DNA from: a virus
Reading direction: 5' to 3' (one strand)
Virus record (IMG/VR): IMGVR_UViG_3300031643_000106
Span: 5,868-69,867 of that record
DNA length: 64,000 nt
Numbering within the stretch: position 1 is the stretch's first letter; the number at the start of each line of letters is the position of its first letter. Shown one piece after another: positions 1-10,112 of the stretch. The notes below the pieces were generated by a model, which saw only the letters and a list, made by a program, of their open reading frames with translations, had not been told where the DNA came from and did no database searches. Both the position numbers and the translations under genes were made by a program.

Positions 1-1
1 T

Positions 2-1138
2 ATATATGCCGAGACAAAAGATAACCCCTTCTCGCATTACGACTTTGCAGTTCAGGCTTTTGCGTTCATGTCAGAAGCCGAGCGCATTGTGCGGCTTACG
101 GGCAGGCTTATTGGCTATAGCCGCCTGTGTTGGTTTGACCAAGTTATGTTAGAGAAGATAGATACCTACCTTCGTGAGAATCCCGATGTAGCTACGCCTG
201 AGTATGGCACATTACGCGCTGATGTAGATGACCCTGCTCCAGAGGATATATATTTCGTGCCTTCAGCTATGCAGGACTTTCCTGACAAGCCACGCGGGAA
301 CTGGATAATCAAGATATGGGAACACCCAATGGACAGGAATCAACTAGACCGACCTCGATACTACGTGGGTTGCGATAGTAGCGAAGGTACGGCAGGTGGC
401 GATTATACTGCCGCTTATGTAAAAAAAGAAAATAGGGAAGTAGTTGCATGTCTATATGGGCATATTACGGAAATCGAATTAGCCCGTCAGCTATGGCTAT
501 TAGGGCATTACTACGCTGACGCTGATGGCAAACCTGCGCTGATGGCAATTGAGGTAAATGCTGGTGCAGGGAGTGTAACATGCAAATTTCTCTTGACAGG
601 ACACGCAGAACTTGGTATAAATAAGTATGACGGTACGCGTATTTATAAGCGTCCTGAAGAGAAAGACCTTCAGCGCGGGTTTAACTATATAGGCACAACC
701 CCCGGATGGTTTACCAGCCCGCGCACACGCAGGCATTTGCTGACTGACATGCGGGAAGATATAGGCGCAACCTATGAAGCCATAGGTAAGATGCCTCCTG
801 ATCCACCTGTTATACCCGACAGGGTGTTTATGGAGGAGGCACGACGCTTTATACTACAGCCTGACGGCAAGAAGTACGCTGCTACATCAGGCGTGAGTAA
901 TGACGACTGTTTGATAGCAAGTGCGATTTGCGATGAAGCAATTAAGCAAGGGTCTTATTCAGTTCCTAAACACGAACAGCGACAAAAGGCTAAGAAGTTG
1001 CCTAATATGTATTATGACCCTGATAAGCCAGAAAGCAATGAAATTATATTAAATATTGATGGCTACCTAAAAGACCTACAGGAACGGCGGAAGGTAAACG
1101 CTTTTCGTGAAAAGATGAATGTTAGAAGGAGGAAATGA
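2..1138 (+). CDS. terL: Terminase large subunit, C-terminal nuclease part (5'-truncated by the window)
   Basis: Frame is open from position 2 (IYAETKDNPF...). RNase H-like terminase motifs YYVGCDSSEG..DYTA, MAIEVN and NDDCLIASAI. Lies upstream of the portal. Confidence 0.85.
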   Translation: MYAETKDNPFSHYDFAVQAFAFMSEAERIVRLTGRLIGYSRLCWFDQVMLEKIDTYLRENPDVATPEYGTLRADVDDPAPEDIYFVPSAMQDFPDKPRGNWIIKIWEHPMDRNQLDRPRYYVGCDSSEGTAGGDYTAAYVKKENREVVACLYGHITEIELARQLWLLGHYYADADGKPALMAIEVNAGAGSVTCKFLLTGHAELGINKYDGTRIYKRPEEKDLQRGFNYIGTTPGWFTSPRTRRHLLTDMREDIGATYEAIGKMPPDPPVIPDRVFMEEARRFILQPDGKKYAATSGVSNDDCLIASAICDEAIKQGSYSVPKHEQRQKAKKLPNMYYDPDKPESNEIILNIDGYLKDLQERRKVNAFREKMNVRRRK

Positions 1139-1563
1139 TGGCAATACCGGAAATGCAGATAGCCGAAGATGCTTTACAAAATGTCTTTGCCGAGCGCAAG
1201 GCATATAGAGATCAACTGGACATCGCTAGAAACGAAATAGATGCTATGCAACGCAAGATAGACGCACAGCAAGCCGACCTTGAGGCGTTAGAGCCATTCA
1301 GGTCGATTGCCATGAAGCCACTACTTTCCATGCCTGTGTACTTAGGCGATAAGCAGGTAATAGATATGCTGCGTGGAGCGTTAGTTAAGGCATTTGGTCG
1401 GCAGTATGATATTGGTGGCATAGAAAAAGGCGATACCGTTGCAAAGAAGATAGCGCGTGACAAGATGGCTGACTTTGTGCAGGCATGTATCTATGACACA
1501 ATAAAGTTTCATTATAATAACACTATGTCGCGACACTTCCCAGAGGCAGATTTTAGACGATGA
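1135..1563 (+). CDS. Hypothetical protein with N-terminal coiled coil
   Basis: SD AGGAGG; overlaps both neighbours (ATGA coupling). Confidence 0.7.
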   Translation: MMAIPEMQIAEDALQNVFAERKAYRDQLDIARNEIDAMQRKIDAQQADLEALEPFRSIAMKPLLSMPVYLGDKQVIDMLRGALVKAFGRQYDIGGIEKGDTVAKKIARDKMADFVQACIYDTIKFHYNNTMSRHFPEADFRR

Positions 1564-3488
1564 AAACCGATAAGTGGTACTCAGTAGATAGGTTAGAAGC
1601 CATGTATGATGAGGTGGATACACACCCGTCATACAAGCGGTATATAGGCGAGTTTCAGCGCGCTATGAAGTTCTATCGCGGCGACGGCTGGTGGGAAATG
1701 GATGAGGACTATGACGATGTTTTGATTGACGACAGGATACCAGTCTACAAAGAAAATGAAATCAACCGCGCTGTTAATGACGCTAATTCAATTCTACTAA
1801 AGAATAAGCCTATTGTTCATACTCACCCAATGCTAAGTGCCGATAGTGATTTATCAAATGATATGGATCAGATACTATACGCCTCATGGAAGACATCTAA
1901 TACACAGCATACGGCAAGAACGATGTTGAAAATGAGTCAGATCGGTGGACTGGCTATTGGGAAGACTTACTGGAATAAGTCAGAAACCGCCAAGCATCCC
2001 GACGGCGAAGTAGGATTGGTGTATATTGCGCCTACTATGATACGCGTTGACCCGGTTGCGCCTAATGACAAGCGAGGTCGTGGGGCGAGATATATTATTC
2101 ATTCTACAATGCGGACGCCAGAAGAAATAGCCGTGCGCTATGGCACTGAAGGGCTGGCGGCAATGGGTATACGCAACATACGCGGCAGGTCTACTACGCA
2201 TCTAATGGATTACTATGACGAGTTAAAGCAACTAGAATACCAGAATAAAAAAGACGAAGATGCTGAGGTTGATAAGCGCATCGAAGTCCGCGAATACTGG
2301 CTGTTCCCCACCACTGATGATACATTCTATTTAGTAACAGGCATCGACCCGACTATTGGCAAATACAAGTATGGCGCAGTAGTTACGCTGATTAAGAACG
2401 CCGTAGTTCGTATAGACCCTAATCCCTTTAACACGCGTCGCACGATGAAAGGCGAGGGTTTTGATAAACCCAAGTCCGAAGAAGCTGGACATAAGATGCA
2501 CCCATTCGTTTTCTGGTACTGGAAGCGCGATGCTAATGAAGATGGAGATAACGGTATATACGAATGCGAAGGTATGGTCAAGCAAATGGAATCCACACAG
2601 GTAGCGGCTGATGCACTTGGTAGGAACATTCACCAGAATGCTTCTTCTACTGCCAATGCTGGATTGGATATTATAGAAGATGCACTTGTTACTCCATTAA
2701 ATGAAATATTTATGCTACCGGGCGAGATTTTACGGTTCAACGCCGCTTATGGCGGAAACTTAGATAATGTCAGGAAATGGAGAGCAGGCAATCCACTACC
2801 TGCTTTTGTCATGGACTTATGGCGCGAGAAGAAAAGGAATATACCGCTGCTTGGTGGCGTACAGCCGGGCATGACAGGATTATCGCCAGAGGGTACTTCA
2901 CACTTGCCCACTGGCGCAGTAGCGGCACTGCAAGAGGCGTCATTCACGCCCATGTGGTCGCCTACTGATGAACTAGAAGCCGCTATCGAAGACATTGCCA
3001 TCAGGTACTTAGGCATGATACAGCAGTATTATAAGCCCGATAGGTATGTTGATATAAGCGATGTTGGAGAGGCACGTTATTTACAGATACAGGGCAAGCA
3101 CATCACGTCTCGCTTCAATCTATTCGTCGTAGCCGGTACAACTACGCCGCTATATGATATTGAACGCGATACGCGGTTAAGTGCTATACAGGAGCGGGTG
3201 GATAATTCCATAGCCGCATCACTTGCTATGGGTAGTAGTGTACCCATGCAAAGTTGCCTTATATACCTTCGCAACCTGCGCTATCCTTATGCCTACGACT
3301 GGATACAACTTCTACGACAGCAAATAGATATATTAGAAAGCCGTATGCAGGATCAGATGCTACAGGAACAGGAAGTAGCGCAAATGCAGGAACAGCAGCC
3401 GCAAGAGGAGATTGATTATTCTGCCCTTGAGGAATTAGCTGGCGAAGGACAAACACCAGATGATATACTAGCAGCACTAGAGAGCTAG
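1560..3488 (+). CDS. Portal protein (P22/podovirus-like)
   Basis: 642 aa after terL; FYRGDGW, N.INRAVN and IRVDP motifs; Q/E-rich C-terminal tail. Confidence 0.8.
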   Translation: MKTDKWYSVDRLEAMYDEVDTHPSYKRYIGEFQRAMKFYRGDGWWEMDEDYDDVLIDDRIPVYKENEINRAVNDANSILLKNKPIVHTHPMLSADSDLSNDMDQILYASWKTSNTQHTARTMLKMSQIGGLAIGKTYWNKSETAKHPDGEVGLVYIAPTMIRVDPVAPNDKRGRGARYIIHSTMRTPEEIAVRYGTEGLAAMGIRNIRGRSTTHLMDYYDELKQLEYQNKKDEDAEVDKRIEVREYWLFPTTDDTFYLVTGIDPTIGKYKYGAVVTLIKNAVVRIDPNPFNTRRTMKGEGFDKPKSEEAGHKMHPFVFWYWKRDANEDGDNGIYECEGMVKQMESTQVAADALGRNIHQNASSTANAGLDIIEDALVTPLNEIFMLPGEILRFNAAYGGNLDNVRKWRAGNPLPAFVMDLWREKKRNIPLLGGVQPGMTGLSPEGTSHLPTGAVAALQEASFTPMWSPTDELEAAIEDIAIRYLGMIQQYYKPDRYVDISDVGEARYLQIQGKHITSRFNLFVVAGTTTPLYDIERDTRLSAIQERVDNSIAASLAMGSSVPMQSCLIYLRNLRYPYAYDWIQLLRQQIDILESRMQDQMLQEQEVAQMQEQQPQEEIDYSALEELAGEGQTPDDILAALES

Positions 3489-3532
3489 GCTAAATGTCGG
3501 CCACTGTCGGTCGGCATATTTAGGAGGATGAA

Positions 3533-4525
3533 ATGGCAGAAGTATTAGATACGACTTCCAAAGAAACGCAGGCTAGTGAATCTGAAAAGACATTGGCTGG
3601 CGCAGGGAGTACCGAATCGCAACCCGGCGGGACAATAGCTTTCAATGCGAAGGCTATGTACCAGAATCCCTTGAATCCAGAAGAAGAAATAACAGGCGCA
3701 CAGTTACAGCAAATAGTCAACAGAGGAACATTGTTTGACAAAGCACAGTCACAGCGCGATAAGGAACGTTCTGAAAGAGAAAGGCTTGCGGTTGACAACG
3801 AGAATTTGAAGATAGCGAAAGAAAAAGCCGAAGCCGAGCTAGCACAGCAAACAGAAAAAGGACGAATTGCCGAGACTATCCGTGACATGGGTATTGGCGC
3901 AAAGGCGCAGGTTAGTGACTGGGACGATGACGACGATAAGCCAACTATGACGCCAGAAGAGATCACCCGCCGTGTGGAAGAAATAGCTGAAAGGCGTGTG
4001 GCTGCTGCGGTTGAAGCATTGGAGAAAAAAAACGTAGATAACCAGACGCAGTATCTTAACTCACTTAAACAAGAACAGGAGACTGAACGTATTGTTAGCG
4101 ATACTATGAGTAGCGCAAGGCGTGTAGCGTTACAGACGCAACAGGCGAATTTACCTGATATTGCTGCTACGGATATTGAGGCAGCATTGGATATGCAGAC
4201 ATTAGCATCTCTGCGAGATGACGAAGCGCGTGAGGCTTTAAGAAACCGCGATACCGACACTTTTCAGGTAAAGTTGTTTGAAGCTGAGGAACTACGCACA
4301 AAGGCTGTTGATACAATGGCACAACTGCGGCTTCAGCAGGCTACCAAAACCGCTGAGAAGGAACGCGCAACGGAAATTGAATTCATGTCTGGTGGTACAC
4401 GTCCGCCAGAGCTATCTGATATTAAGCCTACTGTTAATAAGGCAAAGGCGCGGGCAAATCAGCGGAAGCGCGTAGAGATAGCTACACGTCATAGTCTTGC
4501 GCGTGAGAAGCGCAATAATCGTTAA
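3533..4525 (+). CDS. Capsid scaffolding protein (putative)
   Basis: Acidic, helical/coiled-coil, basic C-terminus; lies between portal and capsid; SD AGGAGG. Confidence 0.65.
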   Translation: MAEVLDTTSKETQASESEKTLAGAGSTESQPGGTIAFNAKAMYQNPLNPEEEITGAQLQQIVNRGTLFDKAQSQRDKERSERERLAVDNENLKIAKEKAEAELAQQTEKGRIAETIRDMGIGAKAQVSDWDDDDDKPTMTPEEITRRVEEIAERRVAAAVEALEKKNVDNQTQYLNSLKQEQETERIVSDTMSSARRVALQTQQANLPDIAATDIEAALDMQTLASLRDDEAREALRNRDTDTFQVKLFEAEELRTKAVDTMAQLRLQQATKTAEKERATEIEFMSGGTRPPELSDIKPTVNKAKARANQRKRVEIATRHSLAREKRNNR

Positions 4526-4548
4526 GTCACCCGAAGGAGTGACATATA

Positions 4549-5721
4549 ATGGCTTATACAGACCCTACATTTGACGCCGGGAGTTGGATAACCGAAAACA
4601 TTGCGGATATTAGACTCGTAATGGAAGGTATCTACGACATCCATCAGGACGCTTCGCCTACGTTACAGATACTTATGGCGAATTCCATGTCTGAGGAAGT
4701 CGGCCCTGCGCGTCAGATACACACTAAAATAAGACACGGACTATACGATGTTCGTGTAGCACCAAACTCGAAGATACGCTTTGAGACACCAGACATCGAC
4801 CCGTTCCATCAAGCGACATGGGATATGAAGCGGTGGTATGCGTCTGCTGGTACTGACTATGAAGAGATGATGCTTTATGGTCGTGGCAACCGCAGCCGCA
4901 TAAAGTTGGTCGAAGAAAAAGTGGAAATAGTTCGGCAGAGTTTGGCGATAAAGATGAACTACTCAATATTCTCTGACTGGATGGAGACAATCACTGGTGG
5001 TTCATTCAGCCTAGAGGATGAGTTATCGGAAAATCCTGTTCCGCCTAGTATGAATATAAGCGGTATGGGGTCTACTCATACAAATCGTATATTCTCGCTA
5101 CCGATGTTTACCCGCACTCATGCTACAGGGCATACAATGGGTAACATCAGTTCAGCTAACGCCTACTGGAAGACGACTTCTACGCTAGGCACAGGTAGCG
5201 ATGCCGCCCGCGCGACAACTGGCGACAATATAGACATCTGCAATAACGGTGGGTCGATGACGACCTTCGAGAACTTGACTGTTGCCGCTATCCGCACTCA
5301 CTTAAACAAAGTACAGCGCGGCGCAGGAACGGAATTGCTATGCGCTACTCCAGCAGACTTATATGACGTACTGGAGGATTACTTGCTATCCGAGCGTAGG
5401 CGTGGTGCGAATGACTCTGATAATGCCAGTCCTATCATGGACTTGGGCATTAACGCCGTAATTCGCATGATTAGTCGCAACTGCACGTTCTACGTGGATA
5501 ACATGATGACCGACCTGTGGCCTAATAGCTTGTTCTTCTGGTCAACTGACCACTTGAAGCTGCAATTAGACCCAGGCATGGGGCCGTGGCTTGTGCCATT
5601 CGAGCGCATACCGGGCGGAAACATGTACGCGATGGGGGCGGTCTACTTGGGTAATCTCATTATCCCAGACGGCGGAAGTCGCCGGGCGTTATCTGAAATG
5701 CACGGTTACGATGCACCATAG
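4549..5721 (+). CDS. Major capsid protein (putative, HK97 fold)
   Basis: 390 aa after the scaffold; SPTL, RIKLVEEKVE..QSLAIKMNYSIF and C-terminal YLGNLI pattern typical of phage capsid proteins. Confidence 0.75.
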   Translation: MAYTDPTFDAGSWITENIADIRLVMEGIYDIHQDASPTLQILMANSMSEEVGPARQIHTKIRHGLYDVRVAPNSKIRFETPDIDPFHQATWDMKRWYASAGTDYEEMMLYGRGNRSRIKLVEEKVEIVRQSLAIKMNYSIFSDWMETITGGSFSLEDELSENPVPPSMNISGMGSTHTNRIFSLPMFTRTHATGHTMGNISSANAYWKTTSTLGTGSDAARATTGDNIDICNNGGSMTTFENLTVAAIRTHLNKVQRGAGTELLCATPADLYDVLEDYLLSERRRGANDSDNASPIMDLGINAVIRMISRNCTFYVDNMMTDLWPNSLFFWSTDHLKLQLDPGMGPWLVPFERIPGGNMYAMGAVYLGNLIIPDGGSRRALSEMHGYDAP

Positions 5722-5733
5722 CACCATAAGGAG

Positions 5734-6225
5734 GTGTTACGAATGGATTATATGAATGTTGATCTAGATAAAATATACACCAGTCAGGACTTCCCTCTTG
5801 GTGCGCGGTATGCAGATAACGACGGTCGTGTGTTTCGGTTCGTGAAGTATAACGATGGCGATGGCGAGGTCGTTGGTGTTGCTGGTCAATTGGTTATCGG
5901 CCTTGATAGTGCCTATCCCGATGGCGAAGTGACTATGGATTATAGTTCTGCAACGATAAAGGCTATCGCCAATGACGCTCGTGGCTTCTTGCAGGCTGCA
6001 CTGACCGATGGAGCATACGGTTGGGTGCAGACGTGGGGAAGAAACCGCAAGGCGGCATTGACTGGCACAGGTATTGACGCACAGGGCGAACAGGTGATGA
6101 AACACGCTACTACCGACGGTGCTATTGACACATGGACAGCCGGCGAAGTCCTCGGTACAGCACTGGAAGTTGACGCTACGGCAGCACAGGCTGTTGGTAC
6201 TTTGCAAATAAAGATAGCATCATAA
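5734..6225 (+). CDS. Capsid decoration/cement-like protein
   Basis: Follows the capsid gene; FPLGARY..DGRVFRFVK and YGWVQTWG motifs; Gly/Ala/Thr-rich. Confidence 0.6.
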   Translation: MLRMDYMNVDLDKIYTSQDFPLGARYADNDGRVFRFVKYNDGDGEVVGVAGQLVIGLDSAYPDGEVTMDYSSATIKAIANDARGFLQAALTDGAYGWVQTWGRNRKAALTGTGIDAQGEQVMKHATTDGAIDTWTAGEVLGTALEVDATAAQAVGTLQIKIAS

Positions 6226-6256
6226 CTATCTCGTATAGTACCCTAGCATAACAGGA

Positions 6257-6280
6257 CAGGGGCGGCGCAAGTCGCCCCTG
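6257..6280 (+). terminator. GC-rich hairpin after the head genes (terminator-like or stability hairpin)
   Basis: CAGGGGCGGC-GCAA-GTCGCCCCTG with a GNRA loop; the U-tract is poor. Confidence 0.45.
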
Positions 6281-6286
6281 ATTACT

Positions 6287-6490
6287 ATGTCAAAATTCGA
6301 GAAGGCACTGGCAGACGCACTAGCAGAAAAGGTACGCAGGGAAGAACTAATGCGTAATCCGCAGTATAGTGCTGATATAAAGAGTATCAAGGAGTTTATA
6401 AATGCCAACACAGGCTTTCGATTGGCTACCATCTCAGTAGAGAAGGGTGATATTACTATTATAAAGCTAAGAGCAAAGGAGCAATATTGA
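6287..6490 (+). CDS. Small hypothetical protein
   Basis: 67-aa ORF whose stop overlaps the start of the next gene. Confidence 0.5.
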   Translation: MSKFEKALADALAEKVRREELMRNPQYSADIKSIKEFINANTGFRLATISVEKGDITIIKLRAKEQY

Positions 6491-8277
6491 ACATCTTCCC
6501 TCCTATTGGAATCTACCAGCCGTGGCATATTGGCGATAATGTTCTTATTGAGCCAATAGCCAGAAAATTTGCTGAGTTATTTAGCCAGAAAATTTACGTT
6601 CTTTCCAAATATCCCGAACTATATAACGAACACCCTGATATAATTTCCACATACTTAGATGCGCGCGGCTGCCATGCTGATATGCGCGTAATAGACCTAA
6701 CTGCGAGCATCGCCAGCGTAGGAGAAAGCAATGGTCGTAGATATTCTCTTGGCGGCAAGATGCAGCGTATGTGGGACAAGGCTGGCTTGCAATTCGAGTT
6801 ATTAAAGCCGAAGTTATACTTATCATCGGCAGAGAAAAATCAGGCAATTAACGTCAAGCATCTATTTGATGTACCATGCGCTGGAATTGCCATTACCAGC
6901 AGGGCGAAACTAAAGCATTATCCATATATCATGTCCGTAATTAACGGTATGCAGAAAGCGGGATGTGCGGTCTTCCTATTTAGTGATGCGCTACCTCGCA
7001 TGTATGCCAATATGGGAACGTATAATATCATTAACCGTCCGTTGCGGGAAGTCATGATGTATCTCTCAGTAATGGATGTTGTGATCGGGCCGGATACTGG
7101 ATTGCTGCATATAGCTGGTGCGCTAGATAGAAGCATAGTTCCAATCACGCGGGCGTTCTGGGAGGATATATACGATTCTTATGATAAATGCCATGTAATA
7201 GCAACGCCATATTCCAGTCGTTATGCCCTATGGTCGATACCGCCATCTAAGCCCATTAAAGCCGCAAAAGAAGTATTGGAGAGTAGTGCTAATACTGTCG
7301 TGCATAAGCCTATCAAATATGATAAAGATAATATTGCATTATTCCGCTTGGACGGTCTTGGTGGAACAGTGACTTTGATAGACCAAGCGAAGAAAATCTA
7401 TGACATAACTGGCAACAAAGTCGTTTTAATAGTACGCGGCTATGGAGATGCCTTTAATGGTGTTCCGTACATAAAGGGCGTTATAGAAGTAGGGCATGTA
7501 AAGTGGCATGAATGTATTGCTGATATGCGAGAGCAGTTCGATACTATAGCTGAAATACGATTTGGACTTGGACTGTGGCATCAAAACGGGAAGAAGATAT
7601 TCGAGCAGGACTTTGAGCCGATGCGTGGTATATTTGATAGATTTCCACTTGACTTAATGAAACTAGAGATACACGGTATGCACCATATACTGACTACGGA
7701 TATGTCTTTAGGCTTGCCGTATAATGCAATAGAAGGCGAGATATGCAACTACGCTCCAGTAGAAGTACCACTTCCAGAATGCTATTTAGTAGTAAATAAC
7801 GGTGTTGACGTGCAGCATAAAGGCATGAAGCAGACTAAATGTTGGGATGGATGGGATGACTTGCATAAGCTAATAGACATAGATATAGTGCAGGTAGGAA
7901 CGCCACATGATGCCGTTATCAAAGGCGCAATAGACTTTCGTGGCAAGACCAATATGGCACAGTTATTTTCTATATTACGTGATGCAGATGCCGTGCTTTG
8001 TGGCGAAGGGGGTATAATGCACCTCGCACATTTCGTTGGTGCAAAGAATACCTTAGTAGTGCGCGGGCCGACGCGTGGGAAGTTGTTTGAATATCCTAAC
8101 CAGACTATGATTGATTCATATATATGCGAGCCGTGTTGCGGCGATACAGCCGACTGGTATATGAATTGTCCTTTGAGTATAGATGCTGTGTGCATGAAGT
8201 CAATAACACCAGAAAGAGTTGCATTTAATATAACGGAGGTGCTTAATGAAGATTTGGTTACGGCTGCACGGATATGA
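6487..8277 (+). CDS. Tandem GT9 (ADP-heptose heptosyltransferase-like) glycosyltransferase
   Basis: Two GT9-like units: HIGDNVL...IGPDTGLLHIAGAL and DGLGGTV...DFRGKT..CGEGGIMHLAH; Cys-rich end C..CC......C..C. Confidence 0.75.
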   Translation: MNIFPPIGIYQPWHIGDNVLIEPIARKFAELFSQKIYVLSKYPELYNEHPDIISTYLDARGCHADMRVIDLTASIASVGESNGRRYSLGGKMQRMWDKAGLQFELLKPKLYLSSAEKNQAINVKHLFDVPCAGIAITSRAKLKHYPYIMSVINGMQKAGCAVFLFSDALPRMYANMGTYNIINRPLREVMMYLSVMDVVIGPDTGLLHIAGALDRSIVPITRAFWEDIYDSYDKCHVIATPYSSRYALWSIPPSKPIKAAKEVLESSANTVVHKPIKYDKDNIALFRLDGLGGTVTLIDQAKKIYDITGNKVVLIVRGYGDAFNGVPYIKGVIEVGHVKWHECIADMREQFDTIAEIRFGLGLWHQNGKKIFEQDFEPMRGIFDRFPLDLMKLEIHGMHHILTTDMSLGLPYNAIEGEICNYAPVEVPLPECYLVVNNGVDVQHKGMKQTKCWDGWDDLHKLIDIDIVQVGTPHDAVIKGAIDFRGKTNMAQLFSILRDADAVLCGEGGIMHLAHFVGAKNTLVVRGPTRGKLFEYPNQTMIDSYICEPCCGDTADWYMNCPLSIDAVCMKSITPERVAFNITEVLNEDLVTAARI

Positions 8278-9277
8278 GCCTTGTTCATGGACTACTGTCT
8301 GGGAGGCATTACGGGAAGCGTTTCTTGCCGACGGTGACGAGATATGTGATGTAATAGAGCCAGAGGAGCCAGAAGAGTATATAGAACTCTGGTGGGGCGA
8401 CCCGCAGTTCTGGTCGTGGGACAGAAAGCCAGTAAAGGCGCGTATAGCACTTGCGCTTTCTGAAGCTAATTCCATTCGTGCCGAAGGTAGGCAGAATGTA
8501 ATACGAAACCTGTGCAACGCAGATGCTATTATATGCCCATCTGTCTTTGCTACTACGGCTTTCCGTGAAGCACCAATAGACAGACGGATTTATGTTGCAC
8601 AATTTGGCGTGAATCCAACAGAGTTTACATACATAAAGCGCGACTGGTCTGGCGATATTGTCTTTCTACATGCTGGCGTTACGCAGTTCAGGAAGGGTAG
8701 TTGGATGGTAGCAGAGGCGTTTATAGATGCCTTTAAGGACGTAGACAAGGTTAAACTTATAATAGCCTCGCCACGACCTTCGCCTATGTATACGCAGATG
8801 AAGATGGAATACGGGAAGCACCCTAACATAGACTTCCTTTGCGAAAGAGAAGATTCCACTAGAGAGTTATATCGTCAAAGCCACATCTATGTGTCTCCAC
8901 ACTTGTCAGAGGGGTTTGGTCTTATGCCATTAGAGGCGATGGCGACTGGCATGGCTGGTATAATAGCTAGATGTTCTGCGCCGCGTGAATATTTTTCTAA
9001 AGACTATGGTTGGTGGATTGAGATGTCTGAGAACTATGCGCCTATATCGTCATGTCTGCCAAATACGGCAGGATTCTGGAGGCTACCTGACATCCAATCT
9101 CTTTCTGCGTCTATGCGTGAGGCGTATGAACGTAGAGACGAACTTGAAAACATAGGCAAGAAATCCTCGGAATTTGTCCTGAAGAATATGACTTGGCATC
9201 ATACCGCAACAAAGATAAAGACCATTATCAAGGAGGTTATAGATGAGAAAGATTTCGGCAATACTAACAGTATATAA
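8246..9277 (+). CDS. GT4-family (GT-B) glycosyltransferase
   Basis: RKG motif and SEGFGLMPLEAMATG (EX7E). Confidence 0.85.
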   Translation: MKIWLRLHGYEPCSWTTVWEALREAFLADGDEICDVIEPEEPEEYIELWWGDPQFWSWDRKPVKARIALALSEANSIRAEGRQNVIRNLCNADAIICPSVFATTAFREAPIDRRIYVAQFGVNPTEFTYIKRDWSGDIVFLHAGVTQFRKGSWMVAEAFIDAFKDVDKVKLIIASPRPSPMYTQMKMEYGKHPNIDFLCEREDSTRELYRQSHIYVSPHLSEGFGLMPLEAMATGMAGIIARCSAPREYFSKDYGWWIEMSENYAPISSCLPNTAGFWRLPDIQSLSASMREAYERRDELENIGKKSSEFVLKNMTWHHTATKIKTIIKEVIDEKDFGNTNSI

Positions 9278-10100
9278 CGAAGAGCAGCTTCTACCGATTT
9301 TGCTGAAAAACATCGAAGAGCATGTAGATGAAATAGTTGTAGTAGATGGTAGTGCAAACGGAGAATCCACTGACGCTACGGCGGAGATAGCTAAAGGCAA
9401 TAGTAAGGTAATCTACAAGAGTGGAATATTCCGCGCTGCTAATGGTTCGTGGGATTGCGGAATGCAGAAGAACGCTGCGATTACGGCGGCAGATGGAGAT
9501 ATATTCGTTATCTTATCAGCCGACATGGTGTTTTATAACCTAGACAGGTTGATTGCTGCCATACGGAAATTCTCTGAGCATAAACTATTCTTCGCATCAA
9601 CTATAGAGTTCTGGTTAGACACCGAACATATCAGGTTGTATTCGGCAAACGAGGATGCTAAGACTGTATCTGGTGGAATACTACAGGCTGTGGCAGTAGA
9701 TAGTTCTATAAAGCCATACTTTGACGATAATGGTAATCTTGCTATATCAGATGTATCAATAGAGGATAGGGTGCTTGTTCCTGATTGCATTAAATACCAC
9801 ATGGGTTGGATAAGGGATTTCCAGAAGCAGGTGGATAAACACATGATGCATGTCCGTCAGCTTCGATGGGGCGAGCATGGCGATAAGTTGTTAGCAGAAG
9901 GTGACAGGGCAGTTGAGCAATGGGCGATCATACATACGCTATCATATCCGCAGATACCATCTGTATGCTATGGTGGAGAATTGCCTAGTGTTATAGCAGA
10001 GGCGGCGAGGATGAAGTATAATGATGGCTACAAGGACGTGTTAGGCGTTTTTGAGTCCAAACATGGATTTAGTGCATTCAAGGCACGACAGTCATGGTAA
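9243..10100 (+). CDS. GT2-family (GT-A) glycosyltransferase
   Basis: ISAILTVYNEE...DEIVVVDG..STD; SADM in place of the DxD motif. Confidence 0.8.
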   Translation: MRKISAILTVYNEEQLLPILLKNIEEHVDEIVVVDGSANGESTDATAEIAKGNSKVIYKSGIFRAANGSWDCGMQKNAAITAADGDIFVILSADMVFYNLDRLIAAIRKFSEHKLFFASTIEFWLDTEHIRLYSANEDAKTVSGGILQAVAVDSSIKPYFDDNGNLAISDVSIEDRVLVPDCIKYHMGWIRDFQKQVDKHMMHVRQLRWGEHGDKLLAEGDRAVEQWAIIHTLSYPQIPSVCYGGELPSVIAEAARMKYNDGYKDVLGVFESKHGFSAFKARQSW

Positions 10101-10112
10101 CAGGAGGCATAA